Assembly: GCA_047651235.1 (NCBI GenBank)
Contig: CP178758.1
Coordinates: 1,770,001 to 1,802,000, forward strand
DNA from: Candidatus Electrothrix yaqonensis
GTDB lineage: Bacteria > Desulfobacterota > Desulfobulbia > Desulfobulbales > Desulfobulbaceae
Reading direction: 5' to 3'
Length of the DNA stretch: 32,000 nt
Shown one piece after another: positions 10,084 through 18,418 of this stretch; within the stretch, counting starts at the first letter, position 1, and every line of letters begins with the position of its first letter. Made by a program: the position numbers and the translations under genes. The notes beneath the pieces were generated by a model. The model saw only the letters and a list, made by a program, of their open reading frames with translations, was not told where the DNA came from and did not search any database.

Positions 10084-10833
10084 CTATGACAGGGCCTCAA
10101 TAATTTCGTCCGGGATATCAAAGTTGGCATGCACCTTCTGAACATCATCATGATCTTCCAGGTTATCCAGCAGGGTGAGCAGGTTTTTGGCCGGTTTTTC
10201 CTCAGCTACTTCTACTGTGTTCTGCGGCACCATGGAAATGGAGGCCTCGTCCATTTTGACCTCGGCTTTTTCCAGAGCTTCCACCACATCGTTGAAATCC
10301 TCCGGAGCGGTGACAATCCGGAAGTTGGTTTCCTCTTCAACCACGTCTTCAGCCCCGGCCTCAATGGCCAGCTCCATCAGCTCCTCTTCACCCACCCTTT
10401 CCGCATCGACCACGATCACCCCGCGCTTGTCGAACATCCAGGCAACGCAGCCGGATTCGCCCAGATTGCCATTACTCTTGGAGAAGAAATGACGGATATC
10501 CGCAACGGTACGGTTTTTGTTGTCGGTCATGGTCTCGACCAGCACAGCCACCCCGCCGGGTCCGTAGCCCTCGTAGAGGATTTCCTCATATACGGCCCCG
10601 TCCAAATCACCGGTACCTTTTTTAATGGCCCGGTCAATATTGTCTTTGGGCATGTTTTCTGTCTTGGCCGCATTAATGGCGCTGCGCAGCCTGGGGTTGC
10701 CGTCCGGGTCACCGCCGCCCATCTTGGCGGCCACGGTGATCTCTTTGATCAGCTTGGTAAAAATCTTGCCCCGTTTTGCATCGTTGGCACCTTTTTTCCG
10801 TTTAATGGTGCTCCATTTGGAATGTCCTGACAC
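10084..10833 (-). CDS. yebC: YebC/PmpR family DNA-binding transcriptional regulator
   Basis: 249 aa with the N-terminus [32 protein letters not shown], diagnostic of YebC. The yebC-ruvC linkage is conserved. Confidence 0.95.
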   Translation of the reverse strand: MSGHSKWSTIKRKKGANDAKRGKIFTKLIKEITVAAKMGGGDPDGNPRLRSAINAAKTENMPKDNIDRAIKKGTGDLDGAVYEEILYEGYGPGGVAVLVETMTDNKNRTVADIRHFFSKSNGNLGESGCVAWMFDKRGVIVVDAERVGEEELMELAIEAGAEDVVEEETNFRIVTAPEDFNDVVEALEKAEVKMDEASISMVPQNTVEVAEEKPAKNLLTLLDNLEDHDDVQKVHANFDIPDEIIEALS

Positions 10834-10923
10834 GGTTATTTCTCCCTTGTTCCTTTGAAATCATGTATAAAAATCAAAACAGTATAGGAATTATCAATAT
10901 CAACTTGTTACAGCAATATGGCA

Positions 10924-10935
10924 AAGGCCGGAGTC
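10924..10935. repeat. Candidate distal att repeat (copy of a tRNA-Leu 3-prime segment)
   Basis: AAGGCCGGAGTC is identical to 29469-29480. The flanking tggcA versus tgccG gives 15/17 identity. Confidence 0.5.
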
Positions 10936-10990
10936 ACACAAAACAGTTCATAGTTCCGTAATAAAAAGTAAAATCCAACCAAATAAAAAT

Positions 10991-11209
10991 TCATTTTTTC
11001 AAAATACCCGCTTTTGTACCCGCTTTATGCAGATGTGTTGAGCAGCTTTTCAACGGATCATCCCAACACCGGGCCGCATAATTTGAGGCCGTGAAGAAAA
11101 GAAAGTGCGGGTAGTCTCTGCTCAGGGTAAACGGGTGGCCTTGCTTTGACAAGTCGTTTTTAACGGTCTCAGAAAACTCTTTCGGTTTTGCTTTGCTCAG
11201 GAAATGCAC
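10991..11209 (-). CDS. Hypothetical protein (island edge)
   Basis: 72-aa ORF with no recognisable motif. It lies between the att repeat and the TA module. Confidence 0.25.
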   Translation of the reverse strand: MHFLSKAKPKEFSETVKNDLSKQGHPFTLSRDYPHFLFFTASNYAARCWDDPLKSCSTHLHKAGTKAGILKK

Positions 11210-11554
11210 AGCGTCGAAAGGGGAAAGCGCACCGCTTCCGGTACTGCTGGCTGTGAATATATAGCGAGTTCCCCTATAGAAGTTAATGCAAAGGTGTTCA
11301 CGGTATTCATTTCAAACACTTTCAAGGGGTTGTCCTTCATGCAGGTCTTCACGCCACCTGCATTTCTTTTCTGTCTTTCCAGTTGCTCAGGGAGGTTGCA
11401 GGGGTGGGGCTTTACCTGTGGTTTGTGAAAATCTGCCCCCACGGGCAAGAAACAGGGGACGCGGCATCTTATCAGCAAACCGGATAATCGTTGATTTTAT
11501 CCGGCAATATAAGAAGGTACAGGAAGGAAAAGGAAAGTACACGGAGGAAACATC

Positions 11555-11719
11555 ATGGCAACAGCAATCAAAGAAACCCCTGTTCTGAAAGGGGAGGCGG
11601 CCCGCCATTTTCTCAAGACTATAAGGGCAAATGAACAGAAAAAGGTACCCAAGGCCGATTATAGAAGGGCAAAAGAGGCATACAAAAATTTCAAAGTAGT
11701 CTGTTCCGCCTGTGGATAG
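11555..11719 (+). CDS. Small putative antitoxin (54 aa) of a GNAT-type module
   Basis: ATG 11555 is preceded by GGAGG (11543-11547). It reads MATAIKETPVLKGEAARHFLKTIRANEQKKVPKADYRRAKEAYKNFKVVCSACG. Its stop overlaps the GTG start of the GNAT gene by 8 nt. It is below the ORF-track size cutoff. Confidence 0.55.
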   Translation: MATAIKETPVLKGEAARHFLKTIRANEQKKVPKADYRRAKEAYKNFKVVCSACG

Positions 11720-12251
11720 TTCAGAGATTATATTCAGACGAATGGGGGCCGATGAAGATCGGCCCCTTTTTTATTGCGGCAGTCAAGACCTGAATGAATT
11801 CTTTCATGAAGATTCCAAGGAGGCGGACAGGGAGCTTGTGGCCGTAACCTATGCCGTGGAAATAGACGGTTCGACAGTCGCCTTTTTCTGTGTCTCAAAC
11901 GACTCCATACGGGCGGAAGATACCACACGCTCAAGATTCAAAAAGATACGCTCCAGCATTCCGGCAGCCAAAAGATATGCAAATATGCCAGCGGTGAAAA
12001 TCGGGCGGCTTGCAACGAATTCCGACTTTCAGAGTCAGGGAATAGGCACCCGGATTCTTGATCTTATCAAGGTGTGGTTTACGGAAGGGAATAAAACAGG
12101 CTGCCGTTTCATTATCGTGGATGCGGCAAATAATGAAAGGACGCTGGAATTCTACAAACGGAACGGCTTTCAGTTTCTTGACATTCGCCCGGAAGCCGCT
12201 GAAGACAGAACCCGGCTGATGTTCTTTGACCTTCTGACCTTCAGAGAATAA
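11712..12251 (+). CDS. GNAT family N-acetyltransferase (TacT/AtaT-like toxin candidate)
   Basis: 179 aa with an acetyl-CoA motif A region (KIGRLATNSDFQSQGIGTRILDLI) and a C-terminal EFYKRNGFQFL. It is translationally coupled to the small upstream ORF. Confidence 0.8.
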   Translation: MDSSEIIFRRMGADEDRPLFYCGSQDLNEFFHEDSKEADRELVAVTYAVEIDGSTVAFFCVSNDSIRAEDTTRSRFKKIRSSIPAAKRYANMPAVKIGRLATNSDFQSQGIGTRILDLIKVWFTEGNKTGCRFIIVDAANNERTLEFYKRNGFQFLDIRPEAAEDRTRLMFFDLLTFRE

Positions 12252-12354
12252 AGATCATATCGTCATAATGGGCGTTCCCGGAATGCGTCGTACTGTTACT
12301 GCTGATTGCTCTGTGACAGTGTGCTGCCAAGGTGCTCCAAGCACTCTTGTATTG

Positions 12355-13062
12355 TCAATTATTTCCGTAGATAGAAAGAATATCGTTCTGAAAATCAATG
12401 AGTATGCTTGCTGGCGGAAGTCCGCCGTAAAAGACCCAGATAAGCCAATCGTCCAAAATGGACTCTACAGCTTCATCGCTTAAACAATACCCTGTATGTT
12501 CATAGGCGTAGTCATTTAAGCCTATCGGTTGAATATGATCAAATCTCAGTATTGATTCTTTCGGACCGCCTATAGGAAGTTGATCCACTAAAAATTGCGG
12601 ATATTCAGCATGTCTGATTCGTTCTACTAATGGAACATTATAACCGGCACGCCTTCCGTCTTTATCCGCCCCGTAATACGGAGCCACAAGAACGGTTGGA
12701 GATGTTAATTTTTTTGGCATATCACGTCGAAGGGCATTATCCACAGAAGGCGGCTCTTCACCTATTACTAAACACGGTCGTTTTTTTGCCCTGTATGCAG
12801 TCCATAATTCTCCCTCATCTAAAGATAATGCAGCTACAGGTAACGCCTCCTTGGGCCTGTGGTCTTGAATTCGTAAAGGAGTTACATTGAGTACGGCTTT
12901 ATCATGACTTGTAGGTTCTTTCCTTCCCTCTGGTCTTAAAGTAACAGGTATCTGATCGACATGAGGAAGAAAAGCATAGAGCAACGCACCTCTTTTCAGT
13001 TCGTTGTTGTTTCTTACCCACCAGGAGTCGCAAATGTTTTGCACGGCATCAGTTGGAAACAT
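12355..13062 (-). CDS. Oversized MazF/PemK-fold-like protein (toxin candidate), 235 aa
   Basis: I chose the start at ATG 13062, with AAGGGGGA 5 nt upstream. The motif spacing resembles PemK/MazF: RGALLYAFLPH ... KKRPCLVIGEE ... VLVAPYYG ... SILRFDHIQPI. It overlaps the upstream gene's stop by 14 nt. Confidence 0.55.
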   Translation of the reverse strand: MFPTDAVQNICDSWWVRNNNELKRGALLYAFLPHVDQIPVTLRPEGRKEPTSHDKAVLNVTPLRIQDHRPKEALPVAALSLDEGELWTAYRAKKRPCLVIGEEPPSVDNALRRDMPKKLTSPTVLVAPYYGADKDGRRAGYNVPLVERIRHAEYPQFLVDQLPIGGPKESILRFDHIQPIGLNDYAYEHTGYCLSDEAVESILDDWLIWVFYGGLPPASILIDFQNDILSIYGNN

Positions 13063-13837
13063 GATCCCCCTTTCGCGCCGGAGATTTCCAGATAGAGTTC
13101 GAGAAAACAGCATTTTGTTTTCCTTGTATAATCTTCGGCCCGGCCAATGATTCAAGCCACTCTATCCCCTCTGTGTATACATCGTCGTAGCGTGGGGTGA
13201 TCGGCGGTTTAACCAAAGCATTCCTTTTCTTTTCAGCGAGTTTCGCTTTATTCAGTTCTTTTAGATTCCGCATCTTTTCTTTGAGCTTTTTTTGTTTTCT
13301 TTTGCTTAACGAGATGCTGTCAATTTCTGTTGATTGGATTTGTTTTTTTCTGTTTAAGAATATACCAAAATCAATAAACTCGTTTGGTGCTGTTGAACGC
13401 ATCGGTTCCGTAGCATACACATAATGCAGCAGATCAAAAGTAGCAGCACCATAATTTTGTATGTCCTTTCTTAAACGGAATAAAATTTGAGAAGGTACAC
13501 ACTTTACTACTTCATCATATTGAGCATTTTTTGACGACCAACGTACTCCGTCCTGATTATATTGGCTTTCAAAGTTTCTTGTATCTGCACCAATATTCTC
13601 AATTGATTGAGGTATTTTTTCTTTGTAAAGCTCAAGATTCCACGGGCCAAAATGATAAAATTGCCAGTCAATATCAGTATATGTGTCCCCATCTTTTTCC
13701 ATTGCATAATACATATCAGCAAGATACAGATATTTAATTATATGTATCGGGCCAAGTTCACGATTGCTCCAATCTTCAGCCTGAGCAGCCTCAGCCAAAA
13801 TATATTGAACTAAACTTTGTATTCGCAACGTATTCAT
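13049..13837 (-). CDS. Panacea (DUF4065/SocA-like) domain protein, antitoxin candidate
   Basis: 262 aa. The N-terminal 160 aa match the DUF4065 pattern (IHIIKYLYLADMYYAMEKDGDTYTDIDWQFYHFGPWNLELY). A Lys-rich linker and a C-terminal tail follow. Confidence 0.65.
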   Translation of the reverse strand: MNTLRIQSLVQYILAEAAQAEDWSNRELGPIHIIKYLYLADMYYAMEKDGDTYTDIDWQFYHFGPWNLELYKEKIPQSIENIGADTRNFESQYNQDGVRWSSKNAQYDEVVKCVPSQILFRLRKDIQNYGAATFDLLHYVYATEPMRSTAPNEFIDFGIFLNRKKQIQSTEIDSISLSKRKQKKLKEKMRNLKELNKAKLAEKKRNALVKPPITPRYDDVYTEGIEWLESLAGPKIIQGKQNAVFSNSIWKSPARKGDHVSN

Positions 13838-13928
13838 TTATTTTTGCGCTATAGAACTCTATTTAATCGTTACGGCATGTAATATAACGATATTAAGGGA
13901 TATAAACAGGGTGCCCGCTTCCTGTTAT

Positions 13929-13979
13929 CTGAACTGAATAGTTCAGCATGATAATATATCATCTTTTATTTTACCTCAA
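13929..13979 (-). promoter_or_regulatory. Candidate sigma70 promoter with overlapping palindromic operators for the Panacea operon
   Basis: On the minus strand: TTGAGG (13979-13974), a 17-nt spacer, then TATTAT (13956-13951). The palindrome ATGATAataTATCAT (13948-13962) covers the -10. The palindrome CTGAACTgaatAGTTCAG (13929-13946) lies just downstream. A third inverted repeat, ATCGTTA-N12-TAACGAT, is at 13866-13891. Confidence 0.3.
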
Positions 13980-13999
13980 AAAAAACTAAAAATGAACAC

Positions 14000-14395
14000 T
14001 CAAGCCTGCCGCCCCTCTTTAATCTTCACCCACCGCCGCCAGCTCTTCGGGGTACTGATCGGGCCTATATGCGCCTCAATCTCTTTGTCCGACGCTCCCA
14101 GCTCCAGCAGGGTAGCAAAGACCGATTGCCCACCCGACCAATATCGGTATTTATCATCAGCATCAAGCGGTATCCGCAGTCTGCCCAGATCATCCAGGAA
14201 GGGCAACGGCGGTTCATGCCGCCGCCCTGATCCGCTCTGAAGGAACGCCAGCAGCTCCGCTTTATGCTCCCGGATCAACGGGGCAAGGCGATTAATCTGC
14301 TCCGCCTCACCCTTTGCCTTGATCCTGCCTGCCGAACCAAGACAGAAGGACACCCCGACCTGTTCGGCAAGTTCAAGAAAAGCTGCCGGTTTCAA
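14000..14395 (-). CDS. Island hypothetical protein with a TubC-N-like docking motif
   Basis: 131 aa starting at a TTG that overlaps an upstream TGA (TTGA). The N-terminus LAEQVGVSFCLGSAGRIKAKGEAEQINRLAPLIREHKAELLAFL is typical of small proteins encoded next to phage or island primases. Confidence 0.55.
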   Translation of the reverse strand: MKPAAFLELAEQVGVSFCLGSAGRIKAKGEAEQINRLAPLIREHKAELLAFLQSGSGRRHEPPLPFLDDLGRLRIPLDADDKYRYWSGGQSVFATLLELGASDKEIEAHIGPISTPKSWRRWVKIKEGRQA

Positions 14396-14548
14396 AACTC
14401 CTTCTCCACCTGTTTAACCGGAGAGGGTATACAGTGCGGTTTCCTGTAGGAAGTTCCTGAAACGTCCTTCACGGTCTTTGTGTCAAACACTTTCGGGTCG
14501 TTATCCTCCTGCACAGGGCCGCTCTCCAGCTCTTCAAGCCATGATTTT

Positions 14549-15340
14549 TCACCCTCCCGGCGAATCCGCAGCCCGAATTTTTACCCCGTCGCTCTTTCTC
14601 TCTTTGCGAACATGCGCCCCTTGAGTCTGTGCAGCATCAAGCACCGATGCGCTGAACCGTTGAAGAGAAACGCTTTTCCTTTCGTTTTCCTGACACCACG
14701 TCAGATAATTGGGATACAGGCGTTCATCGGAATCCTCATAAGAAACAGCTCCGTATTCCCGGCGTTCCTTTTTTGTGCCGACCTGTACCGCTGCATCAGG
14801 ATCGGGCAAGAGGTTTTCCGCCATCCAGGCAAAAACAGGATTGTTGAACATGGCCGCATCCAGATTGGCCCGGCGTACCCGTTCCGGCATAACCCTGAAA
14901 ATATCCGTGACCTCTTCACGGGAGAGCTTCAAAGCCCAATTGATGATACCCGGTGCCTCGTTGTATAGAATCGTTTCCTCTCCGCCGCGTTTATCCCATG
15001 CGGCCCGCTCTTCCTTTGTTATCCTTCTGTCGAATTCAAGGGTTATTCTTCTGCGCTCAAGGCCGCTTGTATAATCCGTGCTGGCAAGCCGTTCATTGCT
15101 CATCATAAGGGTTTGCCCCTCATAGATGAATGAACCTTCCTGCTGTTTGTTCTTGCGCTCCAGCCGTAGCGGGTCTTGTCCGGTCATGGCCTTCAGTTGG
15201 CTGACCGAACCGCCGTACTTGTCCGCCTCTTCAATGGCGGTTAACCGTTTGCCGTGGATATTGGCGGTTTCAAATTTATTGGTTTCCAGTTCCTTCAGAC
15301 TGGTTGTGGTGGTGTTAACCTCGTCGATTGGTTTTATAAC
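14549..15340 (-). pseudogene. C-terminal fragment of the AEP-primase/SF3-helicase (P4-alpha/D5-like), separated from its N-terminal part by a 9-kb insertion
   Basis: The open frame runs from the TAA at 15343-15341. It reads (VIKPID)EVNTTTTSLKELETNKFETANIHGKRLTAIEEADKYGGSVSQLKAMTGQDPLRLERKNKQQEGSFIYEGQTLMMSNE... This is the post-Walker-A/Walker-B segment expected right after GPAGTGKST, which ends the ORF at 24370-26595. Confidence 0.8.
15329..15337. repeat. Left terminal inverted-repeat arm (TGGTTTTAT) of the nested element
   Basis: It is the exact reverse complement of 24359-24367. Confidence 0.5.
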
Positions 15341-15354
15341 TTATCTTTTCGGGT

Positions 15355-16143
15355 TCACCTGGAAGTATAGGTTCGAGAAAAATGATTAAAAACGGCGGGT
15401 TTCCAGGAGGCGAGCTTGTCCGCCCGACATATGGTGACCACTTCGACTTTCCTACATCCTGCCTTTTTCAGAACCTTTGCGCATTCATTTGCAGTTGCCC
15501 CAGTGGTAAAAACATCATCCAAAAGCAGGATTTTTTTCTCTAAAATCTCAGCAGGGTGCTTAACAATAAAACTGTCTTTCAGATTTCTCCGGCGTTCCTT
15601 GCCGCTTAAATTCGTCTGACTGGGGGTATCTCTTTGCCGGGCCAATATATCGAACCGTATCCTTTCCTTTTCTTCTGCAAAGAGTTCCCTCACCAACAGC
15701 AGAGCCTGATTGAAACCGCGCTTCCGTAACCTTTTGACATGGAGAGGAACCGGGTGGATAATGTCGGGGACTTCCAAGTCATTGACAACAGAACTCTGCT
15801 CCCATAAATATCGAAAAGTCGAAAGCCCGGTCAATCTCCCGGTATATTTCAACCTGTGGATCAACCCGGCAACAACTTCCTCATAAAGAACGAGCGACCG
15901 GGCCTTATCAAATTCCCAAGGTGATTCCAAACAGTCCACACAGAGGTGGTTTTCTCTGCCGGTGGAAAATCCTCTGCCGCAGCAAGAGCAGTAAGGGGAA
16001 GAGATAAACTGCAACCGGGCAAAGCAGTCTTCACATAACCGCCCGCCCCTATTCCCGGTCAATGCCGTGCATGAAGGACAAGACGGCGGAAAGATGAGAT
16101 TGAGAGAGGCAGAGAAAAAAGAGTGAAAAAAGTCTTTGTTCAT
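15355..16143 (-). CDS. ComF family protein (ComFC/GntX-like phosphoribosyltransferase with an N-terminal Cys-rich zinc finger)
   Basis: 262 aa with the cysteine clusters CPSC...CEDC...CSCCG...CVDC. It has VPLHVKRLRKRGFNQA and the PRPP-binding loop ILLLDDVFTTGATANE. Confidence 0.85.
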   Translation of the reverse strand: MNKDFFHSFFSASLNLIFPPSCPSCTALTGNRGGRLCEDCFARLQFISSPYCSCCGRGFSTGRENHLCVDCLESPWEFDKARSLVLYEEVVAGLIHRLKYTGRLTGLSTFRYLWEQSSVVNDLEVPDIIHPVPLHVKRLRKRGFNQALLLVRELFAEEKERIRFDILARQRDTPSQTNLSGKERRRNLKDSFIVKHPAEILEKKILLLDDVFTTGATANECAKVLKKAGCRKVEVVTICRADKLASWKPAVFNHFSRTYTSR

Positions 16144-16146
16144 CTA

Positions 16147-16344
16147 TTACCTTTTCCGGCAGAGCAGGGGCAGCCGATCAATATACTTCACAGTTTCATT
16201 TCGAATGCATAACCCGCCTGCCCGTTGACCTCCACGGTCTGAATAAGAAAGGGGCGGGCCGCCAGTTCCCCCTAAAATGAAATCACAGCCTTTTGCAGCT
16301 TGGATTTGTTCTGAATCACCGTAAACAAGAATCGGGTCACGCAC
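16147..16344 (-). CDS. Hypothetical 65-aa protein immediately upstream of the ComF-like gene
   Basis: It has a GTG start, and its stop lies 3 nt before the ComF ATG. No motif was recognised (VYGDSEQIQAAKGCDFILGGTGGPP). Confidence 0.3.
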   Translation of the reverse strand: MRDPILVYGDSEQIQAAKGCDFILGGTGGPPLSYSDRGGQRAGGLCIRNETVKYIDRLPLLCRKR

Positions 16345-16393
16345 TAAACACGTTCCCGGTTACAGAATCAGAAATATTCATAGATTCTATTTA

Positions 16394-17137
16394 TTACGCT
16401 TTAGCACAAAGATAAATATTGGCGGTAGAACGTATAGGTATATTATCCGGGGTAGAAATAATTCGAAGACCGGCTTTTTTTATCAAATTTAGCATACTGC
16501 TATGTTCTACTGGGTACAAACACCAACATGCTGAATACTTTTCATTAGTTTGTTTATCTTCAAGCCTAAAATCTTGTCGAAATATATTATTTTCAATATT
16601 GCATTTTGTATAACATGCATACTTATTTTTTATATTTTTGTCTAATTTCTTCCAATTATAACATTCTTTTTGTTTGAAATGCGAATTTACAATAATTATA
16701 ACTCCCGAACTATGTAAAAACTTACTGCAATTCATTAAACATGAGAGCCTGTCTTTATCATTCGTAAGATGAAGAAACATGCTACCTGCAAAATAAACAA
16801 TGGAAAATCTATTAATCAAATCTCCATGTGGAGGATTAACCATATCGCCTTGTACTACCTGAACATTACCCACAAGAGTAACGCCTTTTTTCTTTATTTT
16901 ATTTTTTAATACTGTTAGCATATTGAAAGAACTATCTAGTCCTACAATATTATACCCCTTACCAGCCAGTTCAAGCAGTTTTAATCCGGTACCACACCCA
17001 ATCTCCAGAATGGGATCTCCATATAACTTTGCACAAAAAGTCAATAAATCTGAATCCAGTCCTTTTAGACCCAAACTTAAAATTATTTCATCATAACAGT
17101 TACTAAAGAACAAATCGTTATATAGATTATTATTCAT
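16394..17137 (-). CDS. Class I SAM-dependent methyltransferase
   Basis: 247 aa with motif I (ILEIGCGTGLKLLELA), post-I (VGLDSS), VVQGDM and IVYFAGSMFLHL. The DNA is visibly AT-rich. Confidence 0.85.
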   Translation of the reverse strand: MNNNLYNDLFFSNCYDEIILSLGLKGLDSDLLTFCAKLYGDPILEIGCGTGLKLLELAGKGYNIVGLDSSFNMLTVLKNKIKKKGVTLVGNVQVVQGDMVNPPHGDLINRFSIVYFAGSMFLHLTNDKDRLSCLMNCSKFLHSSGVIIIVNSHFKQKECYNWKKLDKNIKNKYACYTKCNIENNIFRQDFRLEDKQTNEKYSACWCLYPVEHSSMLNLIKKAGLRIISTPDNIPIRSTANIYLCAKA

Positions 17138-17143
17138 AGCAAC

Positions 17144-17926
17144 TTAATCCTTACCGCTACCATTAGTGTTTAATAATCGCTCAAGAAGCGGCAAAAACAG
17201 CATTTTCACCGTCGAGTTTAGTTTTTCTTCTCGACCTTTAGAAAACATATTAGGATCTGAAGAATCCATATATAGTATAGCCTTTGCATATTCTCCAGCC
17301 TGCCCGATAGGGAATGCATAAAAAGATTTTCTATCTTGAGTAAGTCGAGAAATTTCATCTTCAGTGAAAGCCCATCGACTCTGATAATCATCAGTAATCT
17401 TTACCTCGTCAGGAATGCTGTATAGTTGAGGGCGACGCGTCCTAAAAGCCTGCCCTGTAATACCTTGAGTAAAAACAAATTTTCTTCCACGTCCTGTTCT
17501 GGCCGGATAATAATCTGTTACCTGTTCATATGTCTGAGTTTTTTGGTTTCTAATATGATGTAACACCACTCTTGAAGAACGATCTAACTCAAGAATTTTA
17601 AAAATGACAGGAAGGAGTTCTGCAATAAATCGTATTCGCTCGTAATATTTAGGCGTTATACTTACAAAAACCAATAGTGCATTAGAAAAAATAAAACTTA
17701 TAAAAAAATTCCAATGAACGCCCTTTGCCAGTGGGGTAGGGGTCGCAAGGAACAGTCCCAAAAACAGCGACGAAACAGCAGTAAATACAACTGTTAGAAC
17801 AGTGCGATACCTTACGATAGACAGCTGAATGTCATAGAATAAAATTTTTAACCGCATAACAATGAAATCTGCTTTAACTGATTTGAAATAAGAAAAATTA
17901 CACAAACAAGATTGAAAATTAACCAT
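17144..17926 (-). CDS. Membrane-anchored GAF-like domain protein (start uncertain: ATG 17926 or ATG 17857; the track TTG at 18007 is unlikely)
   Basis: It has two TM helices (TVLTVVFTAVSSLFLGLFLA and HWNFFISFIFSNALLVFVSI). A GAF-like pattern follows (GITGQAFRTRRPQLYSIPDE...SFYAFPIGQAGEYAKAILYMDS). ATG 17926 overlaps the stop of the 46-aa ORF (ATGGTTAA). Confidence 0.55.
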   Translation of the reverse strand: MVNFQSCLCNFSYFKSVKADFIVMRLKILFYDIQLSIVRYRTVLTVVFTAVSSLFLGLFLATPTPLAKGVHWNFFISFIFSNALLVFVSITPKYYERIRFIAELLPVIFKILELDRSSRVVLHHIRNQKTQTYEQVTDYYPARTGRGRKFVFTQGITGQAFRTRRPQLYSIPDEVKITDDYQSRWAFTEDEISRLTQDRKSFYAFPIGQAGEYAKAILYMDSSDPNMFSKGREEKLNSTVKMLFLPLLERLLNTNGSGKD

Positions 17927-18059
17927 GATGAAATTTAAAAGTAAACACAAACCTTTGATTTTCTGCAAACCCGTATACAACAACCGCCAGCAAAAGGAAA
18001 ATTGCAACGTTACCTACCCTGTTATAATTCTGCTTGAACTTACTTATTTCTTTTGACAT
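17919..18059 (-). CDS. 46-aa single-TM peptide
   Basis: ATG 18059 is preceded by GGAGGG. It reads MSKEISKFKQNYNRVGNVAIFLLLAVVVYGFAENQRFVFTFKFHHG. It is below the ORF-track cutoff and is the first gene of the AT-rich cassette. Confidence 0.45.
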   Translation of the reverse strand: MSKEISKFKQNYNRVGNVAIFLLLAVVVYGFAENQRFVFTFKFHHG

Positions 18060-18418
18060 TCATCCCTCCATCGTTTAGCCGGACAACAGCAGTTCAATAT
18101 TACTCATTTATCAATTGGTGATAGCAATCATATACCCGAAAATCTTATCAAGAATGGCTCGCTATCCCCACCCGCTACAGGGGCAAGCCAGTCTCTGAAT
18201 ATCCGGCCAAGAACAACGAAAATTTTATTTTCTATATCTCACCCCATATACCAGTAGAGAACCCACTGATTTTGCCCCGTAAGCTATTTCTGATCTCCCA
18301 TGTATAGGGTACTCTATAGCCGGAAAGAACGGATATAAAGACAATTGCACTATGCCGTAGACGGGGGCCGAAATAAGGCGGATTCTTACCAGATTGGAGA
18401 CCGTTATTCAGGAAGCCT

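Noticed and set aside
11197-11608. Several 70-100-aa ORFs on both strands in the 11.2-11.6 kb gap.
   Set aside because: They overlap one another, have Cys/Pro/Arg-rich improbable translations and lack SD sequences. I treat the region as non-coding leader/promoter for the GNAT module. It contains the hairpin CCGGATAA-N8-TTATCCGG at about 11480-11503.
18008-18418. Searched the 410-bp region upstream of the AT-rich cassette for a clear sigma70 promoter.
   Set aside because: Only weak candidates were found (TTGCTA, a 19-nt spacer, then TAATAT). They are not good enough to report as a feature.
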